Source: Chiloscyllium plagiosum (Eukaryota). Taken from it: 64,000 nucleotides of DNA. Below the pieces are notes generated by a model, which had not been told where the DNA came from, ran no database searches, and saw only the letters and a list, made by a program, of their open reading frames with translations. Position 1 is the first letter of the stretch. Each line of letters opens with the position of its first letter. The position numbers and the translations under genes were made by a program. This document shows, piece after piece, positions 51,193 to 63,860 of the stretch. The stretch is taken from positions 27,994,391 to 28,058,390 of the forward strand of contig NC_057740.1 of the NCBI RefSeq assembly GCF_004010195.1, in the 5' to 3' direction.

Positions 51193-51938
51193 GTCATGAC
51201 AATGGATCACAACCCCTCAGTACGATGGACATTGTTAAATTTTAATTCCAACCTTGCTTTTTTTTCAAAGGAATCTGCTACAGTCAATAAGTGATATAAA
51301 GTCAGTTGCTCTCTGACAAAATCTGTCTGGGATCCATGGTATGGCACAGCTGTAGAATGTCAGGGAAATTTCAGGGAGAAAAACATTACAGGAATAAATA
51401 ATGAGAAGATTATCTCCCCCCTCTCAGCAGAAAGCTACCTCTTATAGAATGTTTGTCTTCTACCCTCTAGGAACATATAAAAACAGGGTTTAAAATGACA
51501 GAAACACTCATCCATGTGTGTTAGGGGCTTGATATCCTAGTGTATGGACAAGTGGATTGAGAGGGTCATAGCTGTGAGAACAGCCATTAAAACACCCCTA
51601 CACTGCAGGTAAAAAAAAGGAGAATCTTTCGCACTGTGAGTGCTGATAAGCCAACACAACTGATAGGAATTAGGACAAAACCTTTGTTTATGCAGCATCC
51701 AATGCATAGTAATTGAAAAGAATTTTCAGGAAAACTAAGATCAGATTTTTTCCAACAATACACTTGCAGGTTTGGGTGTTCTTATACATGGAACACAGAA
51801 AGTTAGCATGCATACACAGCAACCAATTAATGGTATGCTAAGAAACAGACTGAAGCATGAACTAAATGAGTCCTACCACAATTAGGAAAGGATTTGGTGG
51901 GACTACATCTGAAATATATGCAATAGGGTTAGCCTTAG

Positions 51939-52420
51939 TAGAGTCATAGAGATATACAGCATGGAAACAGACCCTTCAATCTAACTCATCTATGCCGACC
52001 AGATATTCTAACCTGGTCCCTGGGATGGTAGAGTTGTTTGATGTTGAGAAGCTGAGTAAATTGTTCCTTTATTCTCTGGAGTTCAGAAGCACAAGAAGCA
52101 AGCTGACTGTAATATATAAATTCCTGCAAGGCATTGACTGGGCAAGCACTGAGAGTTTGCTTCTGCTGCCTGGACAATCAAAAACCCAGAGAGACAGTCT
52201 TAGACTATTAAAGGGCTGAGAAATGACTTCATTCAAAGGATTGTGATTTCTCTATCCCAGGGGAGTGGCGGATACATTGAAGGCTGAGACAGACCGATCT
52301 CTCAAGAACTTAAAGGACATGGGGATTGGGTGGAAAGGTGAAGTTGAAGGTCAGCCATGATTATCTTGAATGGTGGAGTTAACTTGATAGACCATATAAT
52401 CTACTACTCCTCTTCTTTAT
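51939..52420. mobile_element. Short young CR1 tail (minus, 51939-52012) abutting an old CR1 3' end (plus, 52013-52420)
   Basis: agagtcatagagatatacagcatggaaac; then LFLYSLEFRSTRSKLTVIYKFLQGID and ggtcagccatgattatcttgaatggtggag. Confidence 0.75.
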
Positions 52421-52832
52421 TGTGTCCTCCCAGATGCATCAATTGGTAAATATGTTAGTTGATGAGGGGTACTGAATACTGCAATCGTGAAAGGCGTGAG
52501 ATTTATTATTCATTGTGTCAAATTAGTTGCTCAGAGATAAGGTGAGAGCCAGGATCCAAAATTAGGTTCTGTATCGCAAGGCTTAATATCTAGGTATGGT
52601 GGGGCGGGAGAGGGGTGGGGTGTTGGAGGGGGGGGGTGTGGTGGGGGTTGGTGGGAAGGAGTTACGGGTAGGATTTATCCTGCCTGCAAATCAGTGGCTT
52701 CAGCTGGATGATGAATATCTGGAGGTTTTCAATGAGAACGACTTTAGTCTTGACATGACATATCTTTTTTGCTAGAAAGGAAGAAAAGGAAACACTTTTT
52801 AAAATTTTCTCCTTGGTCAAGGCTGCTGAAGT

Positions 52833-53013
52833 TTACATCAGATATTTAGTGTCAGATGGGTGAGAGCGTGGGTGGGTATTTGCTCTGCTGGCCAGCTTGC
52901 TGCTTTACCAGGATCATCACTCCCCACCCACGGGCATTTTCCACAAGCTGAAGTGAATGAGGGGCTCATACGACCATTTAAGGCCTGATATCGGAAACGG
53001 ACTGGGATTTTCT
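52833..53013 (+). repeat. 181-bp copy of 53933-54113, flanked by a 35-bp direct duplication
   Basis: One mismatch seen against the source; 35-mer attttctccttggtcaaggctgctgaagtttacat at 52804-52838 and 53007-53041. Confidence 0.95.
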
Positions 53014-53034
53014 CCTTGGTCAAGGCTGCTGAAG

Positions 53035-53289
53035 TTTACATTACATTACATTACATTACAGTGTGGAAACAGGCCCTTCGGCCCAACAAGTCCACACCGA
53101 CCCGCCGAAGCGCAACCCTATACCCCTACATTTACCCCTATACCTAACACTACGGGCAATTTAGCATGGCCAATTCACCTGACCTGCACATCTTTGGACT
53201 GTGGGAGGAAACCGGAGCACCCGGAGGAAACCCACACAGACACGAGGGAGAACGAGCAAACTCCACACAGTCAGTCGCCTGAGGCGGGT
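53035..53289 (-). mobile_element. 5'-truncated young HE1-type SINE with (TGTAA)n tail
   Basis: V-domain and tail with CpGs retained; tRNA head missing. Confidence 0.9.
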
Positions 53290-53457
53290 TAATTGCCAAG
53301 TTTCTGTTATTCCAGAATCAATCCTTTGAAATTCCTAGGAGCTCACTTGGTCATAAGACTATTCCATGAGCATTTTCATTTGGATTAGTTTCTATTTCAT
53401 TCATAGGTCCTAAGCTGAATATGGCAAACACTTTATGATTCCCTTCATCCATCAAAT

Positions 53458-53622
53458 TATAGTCGACAACTTTATTTGAAATCACAAGTATTTGGAGTGT
53501 TACCCCTTTTTCAGGTCATCAAAAGCTTATGATTTCAAATAAACCTGTTGGACTGTAACCTGGTGTCATCTGACTTCTGACCGTGTCCATCCCAGTCCAA
53601 CAGCGGCACCTCCACATCATGG
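53458..53622. mobile_element. Fold-back PLE terminus (family D), 12-bp TSD
   Basis: tttatttgaaatcacaag / cttatgatttcaaataaa arms; TSD catccatcaaat at 53446-53457 and 53623-53634. Confidence 0.8.
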
Positions 53623-53932
53623 CATCCATCAAATAGCAGTGTGGGAAGAGCGTGTTAACAGACATTTTGCGCTCAGAAATTCAGGTGTGGAGTGCAAGCT
53701 GTGAGTACAATCTCATGTGGTACACTTACAAAATTTTATTGAGAAAACTAGGCATTTGGGGATTGGCAGAGTGATGAGCTACCCAACTTCATTAAATCTC
53801 AACATGCTGCTTGCTGTGTTCCTATAAAATTGTGAAAAAGACAGAAACCCAAATAAGATGTTGAAGCTGTGTTGCCAATGCTGATTTGAGTCATATCCAT
53901 GTAACTCTAGTTAGTTTTTAAACTGTGCTTAC

Positions 53933-54113
53933 TTACATCAGATATTTAGTGTCAGATGGGTGAGAGCGTGGGTGGGTATTTGCTCTGCTGGCCAGCTTGC
54001 TGCTTTACCAGGATCATCACTCCCCACCCACGGGCATTTTCCACAAGCTGAAGTGAATGAGGGGCTCATGCGACCATTTAAGGCCTGATATCGGAAACGG
54101 ACTGGGATTTTCT
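53933..54113 (+). repeat. Source copy of the 181-bp local duplication
   Basis: Matches 52833-53013 at an offset of 1100. Confidence 0.95.
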
Positions 54114-54172
54114 GGCTGGTCTCCACTCTCCCGCTCTGAGGTGTCAAGAACTAGGCCAATTGCCTGGAGTTA

Positions 54173-54354
54173 GGAGAAAGTGAGGAGTGCAGATGCTGGA
54201 GAGTCAGAGTCGAAAAATGTGGTGGTGGAGAAAGCACAGCAGGTCAGGCAGCATCTGAGGAGCAGGAGAGTCGTCGTTTCGGGCAGTAGCCCTTATCAGG
54301 AATGATCATCAGGAATGATGAAGGGCTAATGTCTGAAACATTGACTCTCCAACA
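54173..54354. mobile_element. Fold-back PLE terminus (family A), 11-bp TSD
   Basis: TSD gcctggagtta at 54162-54172 and 54355-54365; opposed hammerhead-like cores. Confidence 0.85.
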
Positions 54355-55597
54355 GCCTGGAGTTAAAATGGAACTGCTCTGTTAATGCCAATCAGTCAAT
54401 GCACGAACACAAGTAGCAGATAAGGCTCTCAAAAGAGTGCTCCTTCAGACTTGGTACAGATCCCTGCTGACCTGAGGTAGTCCCTTCCCCCACTCTCGCT
54501 GCTCTACTCCCTCACCTAATCCCAACCTGCCTGTTATATTTGATTACATTACAAGAAATGCAGTTTGAAGGAATTCATCATGCATAAAGGTCTTTGTGAT
54601 ATTTATGAAATGTCTTTATTTCTAAAGTGAAATCTTTCTTAGTAAAACAGAGCTCAGATCCAATTCTAATGTGGTTATCTTACAACTCTGGTTAATTGGT
54701 AACAGTTTGATCCCTTTTGACTGCATTTTTCTCAGTATTGCACTTAAGTTCTATCTGCACAATTACTGTTTATACAATATTCAAATTCATCGAGGAGCAA
54801 ATGAGCTGTGCACATATTATGCAAATCATTGGAGCGCCTTCATTTACAGAGTATGTGAATGCTGCTTTTATGCAAATTAGCTAAATGACCTTATTAAGAG
54901 CTGCTTTATTGTCAGTGGTAAAGATCAGTGGGCCAGGTTCTGCTGATTAGAGGGGATATGTTGAACAAATTACCATGGGACCAAAATTGTCATGATCGGG
55001 TGCAATTGAATTGATTTGATGGAACAGACAATTACAAATAAAACGTGTGCACTGTATAGAGGCACCTGATATTCTCATGTAATTCTATTTTTATATTACA
55101 TAATACTCCTCAGAAATTAATTCCTCAGAAGTTTTATCCTACATTCATTGCAAATGATTTTACATATTTTCTAACTGCGCTTCTGTTCCATGAAAGATAG
55201 AAGATCGGTTCTCAAATCACAAATTGGATCCTGCTGACCAAATAAATGTGAAGGAAAGATGTTTGGAGGAGAATGACAGAATAGTGAATAGAATATTCCT
55301 AATATAATTATCATGACATCCCATGGACATGCGTATATTTCACTTATGAAGGGAAGATAGTCAAATGTGATTTGCTACTGGAGAGTTTGTAATGTACATG
55401 GTTTATTCAGGTGCAGATATTAGTTTGGATTCTCCACTTTGTTCAGTCTTTGCAACTCTCTCAGCCGATGTCAATAATCCATCTCAGAATGGTGCACTTC
55501 ACTATTTCTATGATACATTGATGGTGAATGTCAAAATACATTGCAAAAATTACCTATAAGTCAATTTTTTTTTAAAATTCCTGATGTTTACATTTAT

Positions 55598-55943
55598 ATG
55601 AAGCCAAGATCAGTCACAGGTCTAATTTCAAATAGCCCTGTCAATGAAGCCAGATTCAGTCTTCTTTTCCATTATCTCTTGAAGTCAGCCACTTAGGTTA
55701 AAGTCAGAAGTCAGATGACACCAGGTTACAGTCCAACAGGTTTATTTGAAATCATAAGCTTTCGGAGCACAGCCATTTTGTAAGGTGAAGTGAGATTTCG
55801 ACTTTGTCCACTCCAGTCCAACACTTGCACCTCTGCATCACTTGGGTTAGAGGAGAGTTCGGTGATTCTCAGTTCTCTTGTTTGAGCTAGGCATCATTGA
55901 CAGGGCTGTTTGAAATTAGACCTGTGACTGATCCTGGCTTCAT
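55598..55943. repeat. 54-bp inverted repeat (55598-55651 / 55890-55943)
   Basis: atgaagccaagatcagtcacaggtctaatttcaaatagccctgtcaatgaagcc against its reverse complement, 3 mismatches. Confidence 0.9.
55701..55838. mobile_element. PLE family D terminus with inversion
   Basis: caccaggttacagtccaacaggtttatttgaaatcataagctttcggagc; TSD cacttaggtta/cacttgggtta at 55690-55700 and 55839-55849. Confidence 0.75.
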
Positions 55944-57816
55944 TGGCACATCCATTTTGCAATGGTGTTAGCTCAGTACCTGAAATGGAAACTTGGCTTT
56001 GTTTGGTTTCTCTGTCCATCCAATAACTCAGAGGCCTACCAGATGACTCAACCCACTCAGCACAGAATGTGAATGAAGCTTAGGATCTTCCTGATCTGTA
56101 TGACTCACAGCACATAGATAAACCTGATGTGGAGGAACTCGTACTCATCCTGTTATTATCCCAACTGATTCCAGAGTGAAACTTGGCTTGATTAACCATA
56201 AGTTTTATTTTTTCAGTTTGCTTACCATGGTGGTCAGTCACTGAACATATTCACTCAAGACGGTCAATGTATGTCGAGCAAAAGAACATAAATTTATTAC
56301 ATGAAAGAAAGAAAAGCTACCTGTATGATAATTTGCAAAGGTCTGATCATAAACAGAAAAAGAAAGATTCAGCCATGTTTTTGAGCAATATCCTTTACAG
56401 ACACTCAACTCCAGTGAAGTATCACTTCAATTTTCTCATATAATAATATTGGATTATAAACTTCCATCACAATTCATATGATCAGAATTTGAAGGAATTG
56501 GAAATCAAGTCTCACATTTATTAAAAACATTGGTACTATTCTTGACCATAGTTTTTAACTTAACACCATCTTAGGAGGATTAGATGTCAATTTTTTAAAA
56601 ATTTGGAGATATTTGCCTATTCTCCATATTTATAAAAAACATGGAAACATAGAACAATACAATGTAGTGCAGGCCCTTTGGCCCTCAATGTTGTGCCAAC
56701 CTTTTATCCTACTCTAAGATCAGACTAACCTACATTCTCTTCATTTTACTATCATCCATGTGCCTATCCAAGAGTTGCTTAAATGTCCCTAATTTACATG
56801 ACCTTTTACCACCACTGGCAGTGCATTCTATGCACCCACCACTCTCTGTGTAAAGAGCCAACCTCTGACATCTCCCCTAAACCTTCCTCTAATCACCTTA
56901 AAATTATGTCCCCTTGTGATAGCCATTTCTGACCTGGGAAAAAGTCTCTGACTATTCACTTTATCTGTGCCTCTTATCATCTTGTACACCTCTATCATGT
57001 TGCCTCTCATCCTTCTTCGCTCCAATGAGAAAAACCTTAGCTCCCTCAACCTTTCTTCGTAAGACATGCCCTCCAGTCCAGGCAGCATCCTGGTAAATCT
57101 CTCCTGCACTCTCTCTAAATCTTCCGCATCCTTCCTATAATGAGGCAACCAGAACTAAACACCATATTTCAAGTATGATCTGACCAGAGTTTTATAGGGC
57201 TGCACCATAACCCTGAGCTCTTAAACTCAATCCCCCTGCTAATGAAAGCCAACACATCTATGCCTTTTTAACAATGCTATCAACTTGGGTGGCAACTTTA
57301 AGGAATCTATGGACATGGACCCTAAAATCCCTCTGTTCCTCAACAGTGCCAAGAATCCTGCCTTTAACCCCGTATTCTGCATTCAGATTCAACCTTCCAA
57401 AATGAATCACTTCGCACCTTTCCAAGTAGAATTCCATCTGCCAGTTATCAGCCCAGTTCTGCATCCTGTCAATGTTTCGTTGCAACCTACAACAGCCCTA
57501 CACACTATCCACCACTCCATCAACCCTTGTGTCATTGTCAAACTTAATAACCCACTGTTCCACTTCCTCATTCAAGTCATTTATAAAAATCACAAAGAGC
57601 ACAGGCCCCAGAACAGATCCCTGTGGAACACCTCTGATCACCGAGCTTCAGACTGAATACTTTTCATCTACTGCCACCCTCTGTCTTCTATGGGCCAGCT
57701 AATTCTGTATCCAGACAGCCAAATGTCCGTGTATCTCCCACCTCCTTACTTTCTGAACGCTCCTACCATGAGGAACCTTGTCAAACACCTTGCTAAAATG
57801 CATATACACCACATAA

Positions 57817-58112
57817 GGATGACATGGTGGCTCAGTGGTGAGCACTGCTGCCTCACAATGCCAGGGACTCAGGTTTGATTCCAGACACAGGTGACTGTCT
57901 GTGTGGAGTTTGCACATTCTCCCTGTGTCTGCATAGGTTTCCTCCCACAGTCTAAAGGTGTGCAGGTCAGGTGAATTGGCCATGCTAAATTGCCCATATT
58001 ATTAGGTGCATTAGTCAGAGGGAAATGGGGTCTGGGTGGGTTACTCTTTGGCAGGTTGGTGTGGACTTGTTAGGCCGAAGGGCCTGTTTCCACACTGTAG
58101 GGCATCTAATCT
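57817..58112 (+). mobile_element. HE1-type V-SINE nested in CR1
   Basis: Full head, V-domain and tail; CR1 sequence is continuous on both sides. Confidence 0.92.
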
Positions 58113-58600
58113 ACTGCTCTACCTTCATCAATGTGTTTTGTAACTTCCTCAAATATTTCAAAAAGGCTTGTGAGACATGACCTACCCCTCACAAAGCCAT
58201 GCTGTCTATCTCTAGTCAAGCTATGGTTTTCCAAGTAATCATAAATCCTGTCTTGCCAATACTTTGTCCACCACTGATGTAGACTGACTGGTCTATAATT
58301 CCCAGGGTTATCCCTATTCCCATTCTTGAACAAGGGAATAACTTTTACCAGCCTCCAATCATCTGGCACTACTTCAATGGACAGAGAGGATGCAAAGATC
58401 ATTGCCAAAGGTGCAGCAATCTCTTCCCTTGCTTCCTGTAGTAACATTGGGAACCTTGGGTATATCCTGTCTGGCCCAGGGGACTTATCTATCCATACAT
58501 TTTTCAAAATTTTCAGCACATCCTCCTTCTTAACATCGACCTGTCTGAGCATATCAACCTGTTTCATGCTGCCTTCACAAGCCACAAGGTCCCCCTCAAT

Positions 58601-58910
58601 GTGTGGCATTGTGGCTCAGTGGTTAGCACTGCTGCTTCACAGTGCCAGGGACCCCGGTTTGATTCCTACCTTGGGCGACTGTCTGTGTGAGGTTTGCACA
58701 CTCTCCCTGTGTCTGCATGGGTTTCCTCACACAATCCAAAGATGTGCAGGTCAGGTGAATTGGCCATGCTAAATTGCCTATAGTGTTAGATGCATTAGTC
58801 AGGGGTAAATATAGGGTAGGGGAAAGGGTCTGGGTGGGTTACTCTTCAGAGGATCAGTGTGGACTTGTTGGGCCAAAGGGCCTGTTTCCATAGTGTAGGG
58901 AATCTAATCA
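58601..58910 (+). mobile_element. HE1-type V-SINE nested in CR1
   Basis: Full head, V-domain and tail gggaatctaatc. Confidence 0.92.
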
Positions 58911-59563
58911 AAAAATAGTAGTGAATACTGAAGCAAAGTATTCATTAAGAACATCCCTTACCTCCTCTGATTCCAGAGACAAGTTCCCTCCACTCCCTGA
59001 TTGGCCCTACACTCACTGTGGCCATCCCCTTGTTCCTTATGTAAGTGTAGAATGCCTTACTGTTTTCCTTAATCCTACCCGCTAAAGCTTTTTCATGCCC
59101 CCTTCCACCTCTCCTAAGACAATTCTTTAGTTCCTTCCTGGCTATCTTCTAAGCCTCTAGAGCCCTGTCTGATCCTTGCCTCCTCAACCTTAAAAAAGCT
59201 TCCTTCTTCCTCATAGCTAGATGTTCTACATTCCTTATCACCCAAGGTTTCTTCACCCTACCATCCCTTCCTTGCCTCAGTGAGCCAAACTTGTCCAGCA
59301 CTATCACTATCCCCAAACAGCCTCCGTATTTCTGTTGTGCATTTTCCTGAGAACATCTGTTCCCAATTTAGGTGGTGCATTTGCCTGCCTGATGGCATTG
59401 TAATTCCCCCTCACCCAATTAATATTTTCCCATACAGTCTGCTCCTATCTCTCCATGACTATTGTAAAGGTCAGGGATTGTAATCACTATCACTGAAATG
59501 CTCTAGCACTGAGCGATTTGATACCTGGCCTGATTCGTTGCAAAGCACCAAATCTAATATGAC

Positions 59564-60040
59564 AGTGTGGTGCTGGAAAAGCACAGCAAGTCAGGCAGCA
59601 TGTCAGGAAGGTGAACAGGTAATGCAGGTCATGAAGGTGGTGCTGAGTTGGAAAGTTGGAACTGGAATAAGGTGGGGAGAGGGGAAATGAGAAATCTGGT
59701 GAAACTGGTGGAAGGTTCCAACCTTCCAACTCAGTACTGTCCCCGTGACCTGTCCTATATGTCCATCTTCCTTCCCACCTATCCGCTCCACCCTCCTCTC
59801 TGACCTATTACCATTACCCCCACCTCCCTCTACCTATTGCACTCTCAGATCCTTCCCCCCCAATCCATCCCCCTCCCATTTATCTCACCACCCCCTTGGC
59901 TCACAACCCTCATTCCTGATGAAAGGCTTTTGCCTGAAACATTGATTCTACAGCACCTCGGATGCTGCTTGACCTGCTGTGCTTTACCAGCACCACACTC
60001 TCAACTCTAATCTCCAGCATCTACAGTCCTCACTTTCGCT
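59564..60040 (+). mobile_element. PLE family A terminus with inverted 5' part, nested in CR1, 18-bp TSD
   Basis: TSD caccaaatctaatatgac (59546-59563) / caccatatctaatatgac (60041-60058); core ttcCTGATGAaaggcttttgcctGAAAc. Confidence 0.87.
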
Positions 60041-62289
60041 CACCATATCTAATATGACCTCCCCTCTAATCGACCTATCTACATATTCAGTCAGGAATCC
60101 ATCTGGACACAGCTGACAAAAACTGCTCCAACTAAACTATTTGCATTAAGCCACTCATGACAACAATGCTGTTACTTCAACACCTTTCCAAAATCTGCCT
60201 CCCAATCTGCTCCTCCATGTCTCTGTTGCTATTGGGGTTTCTGTCGAAAATTCCCAATAAAGTGACTGTTCCTTTCCTGTTTCTGACTTGCACCCATACT
60301 GACTGTGAAGACAAAACCTCCTCCATGACCTCCCTTTCTGCAGCTGTGATATAATCCCTGATTAGTAATGCTACTTCCCCACCTCTTTTACATCCTCCCC
60401 CCGACCAATTCCTTTTGTAACATCTAAACCCTGGAACATCCAATAAACATTCCTGCCCCTATGATATCCAAGTCTCTATGATGGCCACAACGTCATAGTT
60501 CCAAGTACTGATCCATGTTCTAACTTCATCAACCTTATTTCTGACACTTCTTGTGTTAAAATAGACACACTTCAACCCATCACACTGACAGCATCTTTGC
60601 CCTATCAACTGTCTACCCCATCTCACATCTATCCTCAGATCCAAAGCCAAAGCTAAAATGAGGTTGAGATGGTAACAATTTTTTTTTGTGTTTGTGAGAG
60701 TGAGCAACTTCAGTTGAAACAAGTGGAGTGCTACAATACTTTTAGTTTCCCTAAATTATTGAGGGAATAGATAATCCAGCCAAGACTCCTGCTCTAAGCC
60801 TTTGTCCAATGGGACTTGATGGAAAGTCAGTGGGCAACAGCTTCATCTTGGACAGTTGTGCAAAACAGGTGACAATGAATCATCACCTTCTTTTCCATCT
60901 GTCTGACTGCTGTTGAAATATTTTACTCTGAATGCGTTGATTTGAGTGGCCAGTGAGTGAACCCCTGCAAGAAATACCAGCTGGACAGGTTCATTTGAAA
61001 CTTGCATCAGCATCTTCATTAAAGGAGAAGAGGAAACCTCTGTTCAGAATGAAATTGACATTGAAATGAATACGTTTTGCTAAAAGTATTCTCTCTAGCA
61101 TGGGAGAAAGAAGTAATCAATTGCTGCAGAATGTCTTCTGTTAGTAATTGGAGGTAGATTGCTTTTCTTTAGCTTTCACATTAAGGATGCTTCCATGGTT
61201 AGTGTCAAGAATTACGAATTTTTGATCTCCTGTGGGGCAGAGAGTCACAATTGGGTCATGAACAAGTAAACATTGTAAATGGATGTCCTGTGTTTGGACT
61301 ACTAAATAAATTGCTGCTAAGCTTGTAATGTTTTATTAAATGTTTTGCTGATGAAATTAATTTTATATTGCAGCACTTGTTTGCATTTGTAGGAAAGTTG
61401 TGAGGAACTTTAATTGTAATATTTAAATCGTACATATCGAAGCTTAAATACGTGCACTTGGTGCAATTGAAATGCTTACTTCAAAAACCACATAGGTCAT
61501 GATTCAGAATGCAACCTTGTGTCATTTTGACTGAAAACATGGTTGGACGTGTGACAGTTCTGTTCAGTACCAGGAATTAACAAACTCTGTGCAAACAGAA
61601 AATACCTTTGGGTTTCTGATTTCTGTCCTCTTAGCAGAAATATTTGACAGGTATTTAGTGAAGCAGATGATGAGAATTTTCAGTATCTACAGATGCTTGA
61701 CACAGACAATTCAGAGCTATAAGATTGAAACCTTTGTGTCCAGTATCTTATAATGACTAGGGAATACATGTTGCACACATTCAGCACCTTCTGCCTTACT
61801 GCCACTTGTCCACTTGTGAAAACACATGGTAACATATTACTGAGAACAACAACAAAGGCTTGTTTACTGCCAAAGCTGCAACATCTTCATGCCCAATGAC
61901 TTTAACTGAATATTACATTTTGGGATGGTGTTAAGCAACTGCTTTTGTTGTCTTCCCAAAATTGACAATGGTCTACTTAAATACCTATCCAGCCCTGCAT
62001 CAAAGTTGTTAACACTTAATTTCAGTTATGAGATAGTCAGTTCTATGTAGGTAGGGCTGCAATCTGGTTTGAGTGATTTGTTACTGAAGTGCTTTTAAAA
62101 TGGCTGCTTGCAGTGTGTGCTCCTAATGGCAGAATCCACATGACTGCGGCAGAACATTGATTCGTCATTGCATTTCAATTCATATCCATCGTCGTATATT
62201 AAAAAAATGCATTATTTTGTTACCCAATATGCACACAACTATTCTCATGCATTAGCAGTATATTATTCTTGTTAGTTTCTGGTATGCAG

Positions 62290-62603
62290 TGAGCATAAAA
62301 GCACCCTGAAAACAGTAATGCAAGTGAGTAAGGTGGTAAAGGAGCATATGGCATGCTTGCATTAAGTATAAAAATTGACAAGTCATGTTGCAGCTGTATA
62401 AGACTTTAGTTTGGCCAGATCTGGAGTACTATGTGCAATTCTGGTGGTCTCATTAGAAAGATGATGTAAAAGCTTTGGGGAGGGTGCAAATTTAGTTTAC
62501 CAGGATGCTACAATATATCATTTCAGTTGTATGACACTGTAATATTTTGCTATAAATTCTGTGTCTTATGATCCTGTCCCACAGCTACCTGATGAAGGAG
62601 CAG
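62290..62603 (+). mobile_element. CR1 fragment (62290-62510) joined to a PLE family D fragment (62511-62603)
   Basis: catgttgcagctgtataagactttagtttggcc...tttaccaggatgct, then caatatatcatttcagttg...ctacctgatgaaggagcag matching 38496-38588. Confidence 0.75.
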
Positions 62604-63747
62604 GATGAAGGATCAAAAATCAAAAGTATAACGTAGAAATTGACCATAAGGCCTTCGAAAGATAGCTGACATCCAACTCAGGTTTTAATATGTTGTGGAG
62701 CAAGCTGCTGAGAGGTGAGGTAAACCAAACATTCGGGACCTGAGTAAACAGAGCAAAGAATCATGGTTTTCCTCAGATTGAAAGATTATGAAATGAACTG
62801 TGCAAGTACTGAGAGGAAAATGTGAATTTGGAATTAATGAATTTAGTGTCAAATCAAGCACAGAAAAAGAAATAGAAGGAAGGAAAGAAAAATGGGACTG
62901 AGAGCAAAAGAAAACAAAGAAAAGTTTAGATCAAGTTTGAAATTTTACATTTTTTAGAAAACCTCAAACACTTTTAAAACCTGAGGGAAGAAGGCTCCTT
63001 AGTTGTAAAAGTTTTCTTTGAGTATCAGAGAGCTTGTTTGACATTAGTTAACAATAATCACATCATGAAAGGTCTGAAAAGGATAAGCCTTCTATTTCTG
63101 TGCCAAGTTTAGTTTGGTATCTTCCTTGCAAATATTGCAACTTCACACTACTTAATGCATTTCAATGGTGAGACTTATAGTGACATTTGATTTTCACAAA
63201 GCTATTGGCAGAAGATTTCATTTTTTGCTATTGCTAGATTAGCAAACTATGGATTTTGTATGTTTTCTTCTGAATCTGTCCCTTTGCTGGAAATTTCTGC
63301 CTTATTTGCATAGAAGTAATGGTGTACACCATTAACCTCCTCATTATCTTGACAACAAATACTGTCCCTTAACAAACCAATTTTATTCAGATTGTCATCA
63401 CCAATCTTCTCTTCTTCTGTCCCTTCATCTTGTGAAGTTGCTGGCTCACACTGGGGAAACATTCTCCTGCAAATTGGTGTTGTAACCAAACTTGACAGCT
63501 AGCGTTTGAGTGATATTTCATTACCGGAGGTATTTCAGCCGATCTTCATCTTGTTCTTACCCAATGTCCACGCATCCGCTTTTTCATACAGAATTCACAG
63601 GAAAGCAATCAGAAGATAACACCCCATTTAATTTATTTTTACGTTGAGTTTGCTGAGGTTTCTGATGCCCTTAGATCTCTCAAATAAGAATTGATCAGAA
63701 ATCAAACTGGAGAGATTTCAGTTTCTGTGGATTAGTACCACACTGGG

Positions 63748-63860
63748 TGGAGATCTTGTGGTTGAATGGCCCTGCCTCTGAGATAGCAGCTCCAAGTTCG
63801 AATCCCACCTTAGAACTTAATGAACATGAAAGGTACATTCATAACATGGCCAAGTAGATC
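63748..63860 (+). mobile_element. Short tRNA-derived SINE-like element
   Basis: B-box agttcgaatcccacc followed by cataacatggccaa, similar to the copies at 18023 and 32078. Confidence 0.4.

Larger units (their letters stand above)
56637..60615 (-). mobile_element. CR1 LINE with near-complete decayed ORF2 (APE and RT) and three nested insertions
   Basis: LKCVYFNTRSVRNKVDE...DVVAIIETWI, KSPGPDRIYPR, NYRPVSL, QHGFVRGRSCLT, FSKVFDKVPH, FSLERRRMRGNMIEVYK; tail ttctatgtttccatg. Confidence 0.96.

Noticed and set aside
52598-52660. G-rich tract with G-quadruplex potential
   Set aside because: Low-complexity run with no supporting context.
52838-54147. Duplicated 61-69 aa ORFs (KIPVRFRYQALNGR...)
   Set aside because: By-product of the 181-bp local duplication; no coding evidence.
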